64,000 bases of DNA from the human T2T-CHM13v2.0 reference genome, Homo sapiens: NCBI RefSeq assembly GCF_009914755.1, contig NC_060948.1. One strand, 5' to 3'. Position numbers and translations under genes: made by a program. Below the pieces are notes generated by a model. It saw only the letters and a list, made by a program, of their open reading frames with translations. It made no database searches and had not been told where the DNA came from. Each line of letters starts with the position of its first letter. Position 1 is the first letter of the stretch. Of the stretch, positions 42,689 to 56,885 are shown in pieces.

Positions 42689-45600
42689 TGGAAGGCAAAG
42701 GAATGGAATCTATTGGAATGGACTGTAATGGAATGGAATGGAAGGGATTGGAATGGACTCGAATGGAATGGACTGCAATAGAAAGGATTCGAATGGAATG
42801 AAAAAGAATTGAATGGAATAGAACAGAATGGAATCAAATCGAATGAAATGGAATGGAATAGAAAGGAATGGAATGAAATGGAATGGAAAGGATTCGAATG
42901 GAATGCAATCGAATGGAATGGAATCGAACGGAATGGAATAAAATGGAAGAAAACTGGCAAGAAATGGAATCGAAATGAATGGAGTGTTATGGAACGGACT
43001 CAAAAGGAATTGAATGTAATAGAATGGAGTGGAGTGGACTCGAATATAATGGACTGGAATGGAATGAAATCACATGGAATGGGAACGAATGGAATGGAAT
43101 GGAAAGGAATGGAATCGAATGGAAAGGAATCGAATGGAAGGGAATGAAATTGAATCAACAGGAATGGAAGGGAATTGAATAGACGGTAATGGAATGGAAT
43201 CGAATAGAATGGACACGAATGCTCAAATTGAATGGACTCGAATGGAATGGAAACGAAAGGAATGTCATCGAATGGAATTGAATCGATTGGAATGAAATCG
43301 CATAGAATGGAGTGGAATCAAATGGAATTGAATCGAAAGGAAAGGAAGCGAATGGACTGAAATGAAATGGAATGGAATTGAATGGAAAGTAATGCAATGG
43401 AATAGAATGGAAGGAAATTTCACGGAATGGAATCAAACTGAATGGAATCAAATCAATGGAATCTAATCAAATGGAATGGAAAGGAATTGAATGGAGTAGA
43501 TTGGATTGGATGGGATTGGAATGAAATGTACTGGAAAGGACTCGAATTTCATGAAACGGAATGGAATGAATTGGAACGGAATGGACTCGAATGGAATGGA
43601 ATGTCATGGAATGGCATCAAATGGAATGGCATCAAATGGAATGGAATCGAATGCAATGGAATGCTATGGAATGGAATGGAATGCATTGGAATGGAATGTC
43701 CTCTAATGGAATGGATTCGAGTGGAATGGAATCGAATATAATGGAGTCGAATGAAATGGAATTGAAAGGAATGGGATCGAATACAATGGAATATACTGGA
43801 ATGTAATGTAATGAACTCGAATGTAATTGACTGGAATGGAATGTACATGAATGGAATGTAATCGAATGGAAAGTAATCCAATGGAATAGAATCTAATGCA
43901 ATAAAACCGACTCAGATAGAGTAGAATGTAATGGAATGGAGTGCAGTGCAATGGAATGGAATGGAATGGAATGGAATGGAATGGAATGGAATGGAATGGA
44001 ATGGAATGGAATGGAATGGAATGGGATGGAATGGTATGGAATGGATAGTAATGGACTGGAGTGAAATGGACTGGAAAGGAATTGACTCAAATTGAAATTG
44101 CTCGAAAGGAATGGAGTCAAATGGAATGGTCTGGAATGGAATGAACACGAATGTAATGCAATGCAATAGAATGGAAACGAATGGCATGGAATATAAAGAA
44201 ATGGAATCGAAGAGAATGGAAACAAATGGAATGGAATTGAATGGAATGGAATTGAATGGAATGGGAACGAATGGAGTGAAATTGTATGCAGTAGAAGGGA
44301 ATAGAATGGAATGCAAGCGAAAGGAAAGGAATGGATTGGAATGGAATGGAATTCATTGGAATGGAAGGGAATGTAGTGTAATGGACAGGCCTGGAATAAA
44401 GTGGAATGCTACGGTCTCGAATGGAATAAAAATGTATGGAATGGAATGCAATGAAACGGAATCGAATGTCATAGAATGTAATGGAATGCAAAAAAATGGA
44501 ATCCAAAATCATTGACTGGAAAGGCTGGGTGTCGAAAGGAATTGACTCCAATGGAATGGAATGGAATGGAATGGAAGTGAATAGAATCGAACTAAATCGA
44601 ATGGAATGGAATTGATAGGAACGGAATGGAAAGGAATGCAATGATTTGGCATGGAATGGAATCGAATGGCATCGAATGGAATGGAATGGAATGTATTAGA
44701 ATGTAATGAACTTTAATGGAATGTACTCGAATGGATTCGACTGGAATGGAATGTTCTGGAAGTGAATGGACTCCAATGGAATGGATTCAAAAGGAATGGA
44801 ATCGTACGGAATGGAATCTAATGGAATGGAATTAAATGGAAATGAATCAAATTGAATAGCACGGAATTGAATTGAATGGAATCGAATGCAATGGAATCTA
44901 ATGAAACGGAAAGGAAAGGAATGGAATGGAATGGAATGGGCTGGAATGGAAAGGAATCGAAACGAATGGAATGGAATCGAACTGAAGAGACTGGAATGGA
45001 ATGCACTGGAATGGAAGGGAGTGTAATGGAAGGTTCTCGAAAAAAATGGAATCGAATGGAATGGAATTGAATGGAACGGAATAGAGTCGAATGGAATTGA
45101 ATGGAATGGAATGGACTAGAGTGAAATGGAATCGAACCACAAGGAATGGACAGGAATAGAATGGTCTCGAATTGAATGGAATCGTATGGAATGGCATCAA
45201 ACGGAATGGAATGGACAGCCACGGAATGGAATGCACTCGAATGCAATGGAGTCGAAACTAATGGACTGGAATAGAATGGACTCGACTGGTACGGACTCCA
45301 ATGGAAGGGAATCGAATGGAAGGGAATCGAACGGAATGGACTCGAAGGGAAAAGACTGCAATGGAAAGGTCTCGAATGGAATGGAAATTAATGGAATGGA
45401 ATGGAATCGAATGAAATGGAGTCAAAAGGAATGGAATCGAATGGCAAGAAATCGAATGTAATGGAATCGCAAGGAATTGATGTGAACGGAACGGAATGGA
45501 ATGGAATCCAAAGGAATGGAATAGAATGGAATGGAATCGAATGGAAAGGACTCGAATGGAAATCACTCGAATAGAATGCAATTTAATAAAATAGGATCAA

Positions 45601-46232
45601 ATGTAATGGAATGGAATGGAAAGGAATCGAAACGAAAGGAATGGAGACAGATGGAATGGAATAGAACAGAGAGCAATGGTATAGAATGGAAAGGAATCAT
45701 CTGGAATGGAATTGAATGGAATGGAATAATATGAAATGGAATGGAATGGAATGGAATGGAATGGAATGCCCTTGAATTAAATGGACTGGAATGGAATGGA
45801 CTCGAACAGAGTGGAATGGAAAGTGTTGAGATAGAATGGAATGGACTCGTTTGGAATGGTCTAGTATGCAATGCAATCGACTGGCAGGGAATCAAAAGGA
45901 ATGTAATCGAATGGATTGGACTGGAATGCAATGGACTCGAATAGATTGCAAACGGAATGCAAAGGAATGGAATGGAATAGTATGGAATGGAATGGAAAGG
46001 AATGGAGTGGAATAGACTAGACTGGAATGGAATGGACTGGAAAGCAATGGACTGGAATGGAACTTTCTTGAATGGACTGGAATCAAACGGAATGGAATGC
46101 AATGCAATCAAATGGCATGGAATAAAATAGAATGAAAGAGAATCAAATGGAATTGAATCGAATGGAATCGAATGGATTGGAAAGGAATAGAATGGAATGG
46201 AATGGAATGGACTAGAATGGAATGGATTCGAA
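42689..46232 (+). repeat. DYZ1 unit 13 (3544 bp)
   Basis: Anchor recurrence; GGCC 44388; two private 15-bp deletions (~44690, ~46205). Confidence 0.9.
43953..44022 (+). repeat. Pure (GGAAT)14 tract, the longest perfect run I found
   Basis: 14 uninterrupted GGAAT copies; the GCAAT interruption found at this position in other units is absent. Confidence 0.85.
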
Positions 46233-49200
46233 TGGAAGGCAAAGGAATGGAATCTATTGGAATGGACTGTAATGGAATGGAATGGAAGGGATTGGAATGG
46301 ACTCGAATGGAATGGACTGCAATAGAAAGGATTCGAATGGAATGAAAAAGAATTGAATGGAATAGAACAGAATGGAATCAAATCGAATGAAATGGAATGG
46401 AATAGAAAGGAATGGAATGAAATGGAATGGAAAGGATTCGAATGGAATGCAATCGAATGGAATGGAATCGAACGGAATGGAATAAAATGGAAGAAAACTG
46501 GCAAGAAATGGAATCGAAATGAATGGAGTGTTATGGAACGGACTCAAAAGGAATTGAATGTAATAGAATGGAGTGGAGTGGACTCGAATATAATGGACTG
46601 GAATGGAATGAAATCACATGGAATGGGAACGAATGGAATGGAATGGAAAGGAATGGAATCGAATGGAAAGGAATCGAATGGAAGGGAATGAAATTGAATC
46701 AACAGGAATGGAAGGGAATAGAATAGACGGTAATGGAATGGAATCGAATAGAATGGACACGAATGCTCAAATGGAATGGACTCGAATGGAATGGAAACGA
46801 AAGGAATGTCATTGAATGGAATTGAATCGATTGGAATGAAATCGCATAGAATGGAGTGGAATCAAATGGAATTGAATCGAAAGGAAAGGAAGCGAATGGA
46901 CTGAAATGAAATGGAATGGAATTGAATGGAAAGTAATGCAATGGAATAGAATGGAACGAAATTTCACGGAATGGAATCAAACTGAATGGAATCAAATCAA
47001 TGGAATCCAATCAAATGGAATGGAGTAGATTGGATTGGATGGGATTGGAATGAAATGTACTGGAAAGGGCTCGAATTTCATGAAACGGAATGGAATGAAT
47101 TGGAACGGAATGGACTCGAATGGAATGGAATGTCATAGAATGGCATCAAATGGAATGGCATCAAATGGAATGGAATCGAATGCAATGGAATGCTATGGAA
47201 TGGAATGGAATGCATTGGAATGGAATGTCCTCTAATGGAATGGATTCGAGTGGAATGGAATCGAATATAATGGAGTCGAATGAAATGGAATTGAAAGGAA
47301 TGGGATCGAATACAATGGAATATACTGGAATGTAATGTAATGAACTCGAATGTAATTGACTGGAATGGAATGTACATGAATGGAATGTAATCGAATGGAA
47401 AGTAATCCAATGGAATAGAATCTAATGCAATAAAATCGACTCAGATAGAGTAGAATGTAATGGAATGGAGTGCAGTGCAATGGAATGTAATGGAATGGAA
47501 TGCAATGGAATGGAATGGAATGGAATGGAATGGAATGGAATGGAATGGAATGGAATGGAATGGGATGGAATGGTATGGAATGGATGGTAATGGACTGGAG
47601 TGAAATGGACTGGAAAGGAATGGACTCAAATTGAAAGGGCTGGAAAGGAATGGAGTCAAATGGAATGGTCTGGAATGGAATGAACACGAAAGTAATGCAA
47701 TCCAATAGAATGGAATCGAATGGCATGGAATATAATGAAATGGAATCGAAGAGAATGGAAACAAATGGAATGGAATTGAATGGAATGGAATTGAATGGAA
47801 TGGGAACGAATGGAGTGAAATTGTATGCAGTAGAAGGGAATAGAATGGAATGCAAGCGAAAGGAAAGGAATGGATTGGAAAGGAATGGAATTCATTGGAA
47901 TGGAAGGGAATGTAGTGTAATGGACAGGCCTGGAATAAAGTGGAATGCTACGGTCTCGAATGGAATAAAAATGTATGGAATGGAATGCAATGAAACGGAA
48001 TCGAATGTCATAGAATGTAATGGAATGCAAAAAACTGGAATCCAAAATCATTGACTGGAAAGGCTGGGTGTCGAAAGGAATTGACTCCAATGGAATGGAA
48101 TCGAATGGAATGGAAGTGAATAGAATCGAACTAAATCGAATGGAATGGAATTGATAGGAACGGAATGGAAAGGAATGCAATGATTTGGCACGGAATGGAA
48201 TCGAATGGCATCGAACGGAATGGAATGGAATGCAATTGAATGGAACGTATTAGAATGTAATGAACTTTAATGGAATGTACTCGAATGGATTCGACTGTAA
48301 TGGAATGTTGTGGAAGTGAATGGACTCCAATGGAATGGATTCAAAAGGAATGGAATCGTACGGAATGGAATCTAATGGAATGGAATTAAATGGAAATGAA
48401 TCAAATTGAATAGCATGGAATTGAATTGAATGGAATCGAATGCAATGGAATCTAATGAAACGGAAAGGAAAGGAATGGAATGGAATGGAATGGGCTGGAA
48501 TGGAAAGGAATCGAAACGAATGGAATGGAATCGAACTGAAGAGACTGGAATGGAATGCACTGGAATGGAAGGGAGTGTAATGGAAGGTTCTCGAAAAAAA
48601 TGGAATCGAATGGAATGGAATTGAATGGAACGGAATAGAGTCAAATGGAATTGAATGGAATGGAATGGACTAGAGTGAAATGGAATCGAACCACAAGGAA
48701 TGGACAGGAATAGAATGGTCTCGAATTGAATGGAATCGTATGGAATGGCATCAAACGGAATGGAATGGACAGCCACGGAATGGAATGCACTCGAATGCAA
48801 TGGAGTCGAAACTAATGGACTGGAATAGAATGGATTCGACTGGTACGGACTCCAATGGAATGGAATCGAATGGAAGGGAATCGAACGGAATGGACTCGAA
48901 GGGAAAAGACTGCAATGGAAAGGTCTCGAATGGAATGGAAATTAATGGAATGGAATGGAATCGAATGAAATGGAGTCAAAAGGAATGGAATCGAATGGCA
49001 AGAAATCGAATGTAATGGAATCGCAAGGAATTGATGTGAACGGAACGGAATGGAATGGAATCCAAAGGAATGGAATAGAATGGAATGGAATCGAATGGAA
49101 AGGACTCGAATGGAAATCACTCGAATAGAATGCAATTTAATAAAATAGGATCAAATGTAATGGAATGGAATGGAAAGGAATCGAAACGAAAGGAATGGAG

Positions 49201-49796
49201 ACAGATGGAATGGAATGGAACAGAGAGCAATGGTATAGAATGGAATGGAATCATCAGGAATGGAATTGAATGGAATGGAATAATATGAAATGGAATGGAA
49301 TGGAATGGAATGGAATGCCCTTGAATTAAATGGACTGGAATGGAATGGACTCGAACAGAGTGGAATGGAAAGTGTTGAGATAGAATGGAATGGACTCGTT
49401 TGGAATGGTCTAGTATGCAATGCAATCGACTGGCAGGGAATCAAAAGGAATGTAATGGAATGGATTGGACTGGAATGCAATGGACTCGAATAGATTGGAA
49501 ACGGAATGCAAAGGAATGGAATGGAATAGTATGTAATGGAATGGAAAGGAATGGAGTGGAATAGACTAGAGTGGAATGGAATGGACTGGAAAGCAATAGA
49601 CTGGAATGGAACTTTCTTGAATGGACTGGAATCAAACGGAATGGAATGCAATGCAATCAAATGGCATGGAATAAAATAGAATGAAAGAGAATCAAATGGA
49701 ATTGAATCGAATGGAATCGAATGGATTGGAAAGGAATAGAATGGAATGGAATGGAATTGACTCAAATGGAATGGACTAGAATGGAATGGATTCGAA
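46233..49796 (+). repeat. DYZ1 unit 14 (3564 bp)
   Basis: Anchor recurrence; GGCC 47927; 15-bp deletion near 47020. Confidence 0.9.
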
Positions 49797-52700
49797 TGGA
49801 AGGCAAAGGAATGGAATCTATTGGAATGGACTGGAATGGAATGGAAGGGATTGGAATGGACTCGAATGGAATGGACTGCAATAGAAAGGATTCGAATGGA
49901 ATGAAAAAGAATTGAATGGAATAGAACAGAATGGAATCAAATCGAATGAAATGGAATGGAATAGAAAGGAATGGAATGAAATGGAATGGAAAGGATTCGA
50001 ATGGAATGCAATCGAATGGAATGGAATCGAACGGAATGGAATAAAATGGAAGAAAACTGGCAAGAAATGGAATCGAAATGAATGGAGTGTTATGGAACGG
50101 ACTCAAAAGGAATTGAATGTAATAGAATGGAGTGGAGTGGACTCGAATATAATGGACTGGAATGGAATGAAATCACATGGAATGGGAACGAATGGAATGG
50201 AATGGAAAGGAATGGAATCGAATGGAAAGGAATCGAATGGAAGGGAATGAAATTGAATCAACAGGAATGGAAGGGAATAGAATAGACGGTAATGGAATGG
50301 ACTCGAATTGAATGGACACGAATGCTCAAATTGAATGGACAAGAATGGAATGGAAACGAAAGGAATGTCATCGAATGGAATTGAATCGATTGGAATGAAA
50401 TCGCATAGAATGGAGTGGAATCAAATGGAATTGAATCGAAAGGAAAGGAAGCGAATGGACTGAAATGAAATGGAATGGAATTGAATGGAAAGTAATGCAA
50501 TGGAATAGAATGGAACGAAATTTCACGGAATGGAATCAAACTGAATGGAATCAAATCAATGGAATCTAATCAAATGGAATGGAAAGGAATTGAATGGAGT
50601 AGATTGGATTGGATGGGATTGGAATGAAATGTACTGGAAAGGACTCGAATTTCATGAAACGGAATGGAATGAATTGGAACGGAATGGACTCGAATGGAAT
50701 GGAATGTCATGGAATGGCATCAAATGGAATGGCATCAAATGGAATGGAATCGAATGCAATGGAATGCTATGGAATGGAATGGAATGCATTGGAATGGAAT
50801 GTCCTCTAATGGAATGGATTCGAGTGGAATGGAATCGAATATAATGGAGTCGAATGAAATGGAATTGAAAAGAATGGGATCGAATACAATGGAATATACT
50901 GGAATGTAATGTAATGAACTCGAATGTAATTGACTGGAATGGAATGTACATGAATGGAATGTAATCGAATGGAAAGTAATCCAATGGAATAGAAACTAAT
51001 GCAATAAAATCGACTCAAATAGAGTAGAATGTAATGGAATGGAGTGCAGTGCAATGGAATGGAATGGAATGGAATGCAATGGAATGGAATGGAATGGAAT
51101 GGAATGGGATGGAATGGTGTGGAATGGATAGTAATGGACTGGTGTGAAATGGACTGGAAAGGAATGGACTCAAATTGAAAGGGCTCGAAAGGAATGGAGT
51201 CAAATGGAATGGTCTGGAATGGAATGAACACGAATGTAATGCAATCCAATAGAATGGAATCGAATGGCATGGAATATAAAGAAATGGAATCGAAGAGAAT
51301 GGAAACAAATGGAATGGAATTGAATGGAATGGAATTGAATGGAATGGGAAGGAATGGAGTGAAATTGTATGCAGTAGAAGAGAATAGAATGGAATGCAAG
51401 TGAAAGGAAAGGAATGGATTGGAATGGAATGGAATTCATTGGAATGGAAGGGAATGTAGTGTAATGGACAGGCCTGGAATAAAGTGGAATGCTACGGTCT
51501 CGAATGGAATAAAAATGTATGGAATGGAATGCAATGAAACGGAATCGAATGTCATAGAATGTAATGGAATGCAAAAAAATTGGAATCCAAAATCATTGAC
51601 TGGAAAGGCTGGGTGTCGAAAGGAATTGACTCCAATGGAATGGAATCGAATGGAATGGAAATGAATAGAATCGAACTAAATCGAATGGAATGGAATTGAT
51701 AGGAACGGAATGGAAAGGAATGCAATGATTTGGCATGGAATGGAATCGAATGGCATCGAATGGAATGGAATGGAATGCAATGGAATGGAATGTATTAGAA
51801 TGTAATGAACTTTAATGGAATGTACTCGAATGGATTCGACTGGAATGGAATGTTGTGGAAGTGAATGGACTCCAATGGAATGGATTCAAAAGGAATGGAA
51901 TCGTACGGAATGGAATCTAATGGAATGGAATTAAATGGAAATGAATCAAATTGAATAGCACGGAATTGAATTGAATGGAATGGAATGCAATGGAATCTAA
52001 TGAAACGGAAAGGAAAGGAATGGAATGGAATGGAATGGGCTGGAATGGAAAGGAATCGAAACGAATGGAATGGAATCGAACTGAAGAGACTGGAATGGAA
52101 TGCACTGGAATGGAAGGGAGTGTAATGGAAGGTTCTCGAAAAAAATGGAATCGAATGGAATGGAATTGAATGGAACGGAATAGAGTCGAATGGAATTGAA
52201 TGGAATGGAATGGACTAGAGTGAAATGGAATCGAACCACAAGGAATGGACAGGAATAGAATGGTCTCGAATTGAATGGAATCGTATGGAATGGCATCAAA
52301 CGAAATGGAATGGACAGCCACGGAATGGAATGCACTCGAATGCAATGGAGTCGAAACTAATGGACTGGAATAGAATGGACTCGACTGGTACGGACTCCAA
52401 TGGAATGGAATCGAATGGAAGGGAATCGAACGGAATGGACTCGAAGGGAAAAGACTGCAATGGAAAGGTCTCGAATGGAATGGAAATTAATGGAATGGAA
52501 TGGAATCGAATGAAATGGAGTCAAAAGGAATGGAATCGAATGGCAAGAAATCGAATGTAATGGAATCGCAAGGAATTGATGTGAACGGAACGGAATGGAA
52601 TGGAATCCAAAGGAATGGAATAGAATGGAATGGAATCGAATGGAAAGGACTCGAATGGAAATCACTCGAATAGAATGCAATTTAATAAAATAGGATCAAA

Positions 52701-53336
52701 TGTAATGGAATGGAATGGAAAGGAATCGAAACGAAAGGAATGGAGACAGATGGAATGGAATGGAACAGAGAGCAATGGTATAGAATGGAATGGAATCATC
52801 TGGAATGGAATTGAATGGAATGGAATAATATGAAATGGAATGGAATGGAATGGAATGCCCTTGAATTAAATGGACTGGAATGGAATGGACTCGAACAGAG
52901 TGGAATGGAAAGTGTTGAGATAGAATGGAATGGACTCGTTTGGAATGGTCTAGTAGGCAATGCAATCGACTGGCAGGGAATCAAAAGGAATGTAATGGAA
53001 TGGATTGGACTGGAATGCAATGGACTCGAATAGATTGGAAACGGAATGCAAAGGAATGGAATGGAATAGTATGGAATGGAATGGAAAGGAATGCAGTGGA
53101 ATAGACTAGAGTGGAATGGAATGGACTGGAAAGCAATGGACTGGAATGGAACTTTATTGAATGGACTGGAATCAAACGGAATGGAATGCAATGCAATCAA
53201 ATGGCATGGAATAAAATAGAATGAAAGAGAATCAAATGGAATTGAATCGAATGGAATCGAATGGATTGGAAAGGAATAGAATGGAATGGAATGGAATTGA
53301 CTCAAATGGAATGGACTAGAATGGAATGGATTCGAA
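49797..53336 (+). repeat. DYZ1 unit 15 (3540 bp)
   Basis: Anchor recurrence; GGCC 51471; 1-bp insertion near 51580 (AAAAAAATTGG). Confidence 0.9.
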
Positions 53337-56300
53337 TGGAAGGCAAAGGAATGGAATCTATTGGAATGGACTGTAATGGAATGGAATGGAAGGGATTGGA
53401 ATGGACTCGAATGGAATGGACTGCAATAGAAAGGATTCGAATGGAATGAAAAAGAATAGAATGGAATAGAACAGAATGGAATCAAATCGAATGAAATGGA
53501 ATGGAATAGAAAAGAATGGAATGAAATGGAATGGAAAGGATTCGAATGGAATGCAATCGAATGGAATGGAATCGAACGGAATGGAATAAAATGGAAGAAA
53601 ACTGGCAAGAAATGGAATCGAAATGAATGGAGTGTTATGGAACGGACTCAAAAGGAATTGAATGTAATAGAATGGAGTGGAGTGGACTCGAATATAATGG
53701 ACTGGAATGGAATGAAATCACATGGAATGGGAACGAATGGAATGGAATGGAAAGGAATGGAATCGAATGGAAAGGAATCGAATGGAAGGGAATGAAATTG
53801 AATCAACAGGAATGGAAGGGAATAGAATAGACGGTAATGGAATGGACTCGAATAGAATGGACACGAATGCTCAAATTGAATGGACTCGAATGGAATGGAA
53901 ACGAAAGGAATGTCATCGAATGGAATTGAATCGATTGGAATGAAATCGCATAGAATGGAGTGGAATCAAATGGAATTGAATCGAAAGGAAAGGAAGCGAA
54001 TGGACTGAAATGAAATGGAATGGAATTGAATGGAAAGTAATGCAATGGAATAGAATGGAACGAAATTTCACGGAATGGAATCAAACTGAATGGAATCAAA
54101 CCAATGGAATCAAATCAAATGGAATGGAAAGGAATTGAATGGAGTAGATTGGATTGGATGGGATTGGAATGAAATGTACTGGAAAGGACTCGAATTTCAT
54201 GAAACGGAATGGAATGAATTGGAACGGAACGGACTCGAATGGAATGGAATGTCATGGAATGGCATCAAATGGAATGGCATCAAATGGAATGGAATCGAAT
54301 GTAATGGAATGCTATGGAATGGAATGGAATGCATTTTAATGGAATGTCCTCTAATGGAATGGATTCGAGTGGAATGGAATCGAATATAATGGAGTCGAAT
54401 GAAATGGAATTGAAAGGAATGGGATCGAATACAATGGAATATACTGGAATGTAATGTAATGAACTCGAATGTAATTGACTGGAATGGAATGTACATGAAT
54501 GGAATGTAATCGAATGGAAAGTAATCCAATGGAATAGAATCTAATGCAATAAAATCGACTCAGATAGAGTAGAATGTAATGGAATGGAGTGCAGTGCAAT
54601 GGAATGGAATGGAATGGAATGCAATGGAATGGAATGGAATGGAATGGAATGGAATGGAATGGAATGGTGTGGAATGGATAGTAATGGACTGGAGTGAAAT
54701 GGACTGGAAAGGAATGGACTCAAATTGAATGGGCTCGAAAGGAATGGAGTCAAATGGAATGGTCTGGAATGGAATGAACACGAATGTAATGCAATCCAAT
54801 AGAATGGAATCGAATGGCATGGAATATAAAGAAATGGAATCGAAGAGAATGGAAACAAATGGAATGGAATTGAGTGGAATGGAATTGAATGGAATGGGAA
54901 CGAATGGAGTGAAATTGTATGCAGTAGAAGAGAATAGAATGGAATGCAAGCGAAAGGAAAGGAATGGATTGGAATGGAATGGAATTCATTGGAATGGAAG
55001 GGAATGTAGTGTAATGGACAGGCCTGGAATAAAGTGGAATGCTACGGTCTCGAATGGAATAAAAATGTATGGAATGGAATGCAATGAAACGGAATCGAAT
55101 GTCATAGAATGTAATGGAATGCAAAAAAATGGAATCCAAAATCATTGACTGGAAAGGCTGGGTGTCGAAAGGAATTGACTCCAATGGAATGGAATCGAAT
55201 GGAATGGAAGTGAATAGAATCGAACTAAATCGAATGGAATGGAATTGATAGGAACGGAATGGAAAGGAATGCAATGATTTGGCATGGAATGGAATCGAAT
55301 GGCATCGAATGGAATGGAATGGAATGCAATGAAATGGAATGTATTAGAATGTAATGAACTTTAATGGAATGTACTCGAATGGATTCGACTGGAATGGAAT
55401 GTTCTGGAAGTGAATGGACTCCAATGGAATGGATTCAAAAGGAATGGAATCGTACGGAATGGAATCTAATGGAATGGAATTAAATGGAAATGAATCAAAT
55501 TGAATAGCACGGAATTGAATTGAATGGAATGGAATGCAATGGAATCTAATGAAACGGAAAGGAAAGGAATGGAATGGAATGGAATGGGCTGGAATGGAAA
55601 GGAATCGAAACGAATGGAATGGAATCGAACTGAAGAGACTGGAATGGAATGCACTGGAATGGAAGGGAGTGTAATGGAAGGTTCTCGAAAAAAATGGAAT
55701 GGAATGGAATGGAATTGAATGGAACGGAATAGAGTCGAATGGAATTGAATGGAATGGAATGGACTAGAGTGAAATGGAATCGAACCACAAGGAATGGACA
55801 GGAATAGAATGGTCTCGAATTGAATGGAATCGTATGGAATGGCATCAAACGGAATGGAATGGACAGCCACGGAATAGAATGCACTCGAATGCAATGGAGT
55901 CGAAACTAATGGACTGGAATAGAATGGACTCGACTGGTACGGACTCCAATGGAATGGAATCGAATGGAAGGGAATCGAACGGAATGGACTCGAAGGGAAA
56001 AGACTGCAATGGAAAGGTCTCGAATGGAATGGAAATTAATGGAATGGAATGGAATCGAATGAAATGGAGTCAAAAGGAATGGAATCGAATGGCAAGAAAT
56101 CGAATGTAATGGAATCGCAAGGAATTGATGTGAACGGAACGGAATGGAATGGAATCCAAAGGAATGGAATAGAATGGAATGGAATCGAATGGAAAGGACT
56201 CGAATGGAAATCACTCGAATAGAATGCAATTTAATAAAATAGGATCAAATGTAATGGAATGGAATGGAAAGGAATCGAAACGAAAGGAATGGAGACAGAT

Positions 56301-56885
56301 GGAATGGAATGGAACAGAGAGCAATGGTATAGAATGGAATGGAATCATCTGGAATGGAATTGAATGGAATGGAATAATATGAAATGGAATGGAATGGAAT
56401 GGAATGCCCTTGAATTAAATGGACTGGAATGGAATGGACTCGAACAGAGTGGAATGGAAAGTGTTGAGATAGAATGGAATGGACTCGTTTGGAATGGTCT
56501 AGTAGGCAATGCAATCGACTGGCAGGGAATCAAAAGGAATGTAATGGAATGGATTGGACTGGAATGCAATGGACTCGAATAGATTGGAAACGGAATGCAA
56601 AGGAATGGAATGGAATAGTATGGAATGGAATGGAAAGGAATGGAGTGGAATAGACTAGAGTGGAATGGAATGGACTGGAAAGCAATGGACTGGAATGGAA
56701 CTTTCTTGAATGGACTGGAATCAAACGGAATGGAATGCAATGCAATCAAATGGCATGGAATAAAATAGAATGAAAGAGAATCAAATGGAATTGAATCGAA
56801 TGGAATCGAATGGATTGGAAAGGAATAGAATGGAATGGAATGGAATTGACTCAAATGGAATGGACTAGAATGGAATGGATTCGAA
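53337..56885 (+). repeat. DYZ1 unit 16 (3549 bp)
   Basis: Anchor recurrence; GGCC 55021. Confidence 0.9.

Larger units (their letters stand above)
1..56885 (+). repeat. Putative 16-unit (56,885 bp) super-repeat / large tandem duplication period
   Basis: 1-7115 matches 56886-64000 at a constant offset of 56885, including private variants. Only two of the 16 units are seen twice, so the full period is inferred. Confidence 0.7.

Noticed and set aside
45563-46504. Longest ORF (313 aa, minus strand) and its ~305 aa counterparts
   Set aside because: Length varies from 136 to 313 aa among units through 1-bp and 5-bp frameshifts; there is no sign of coding constraint.
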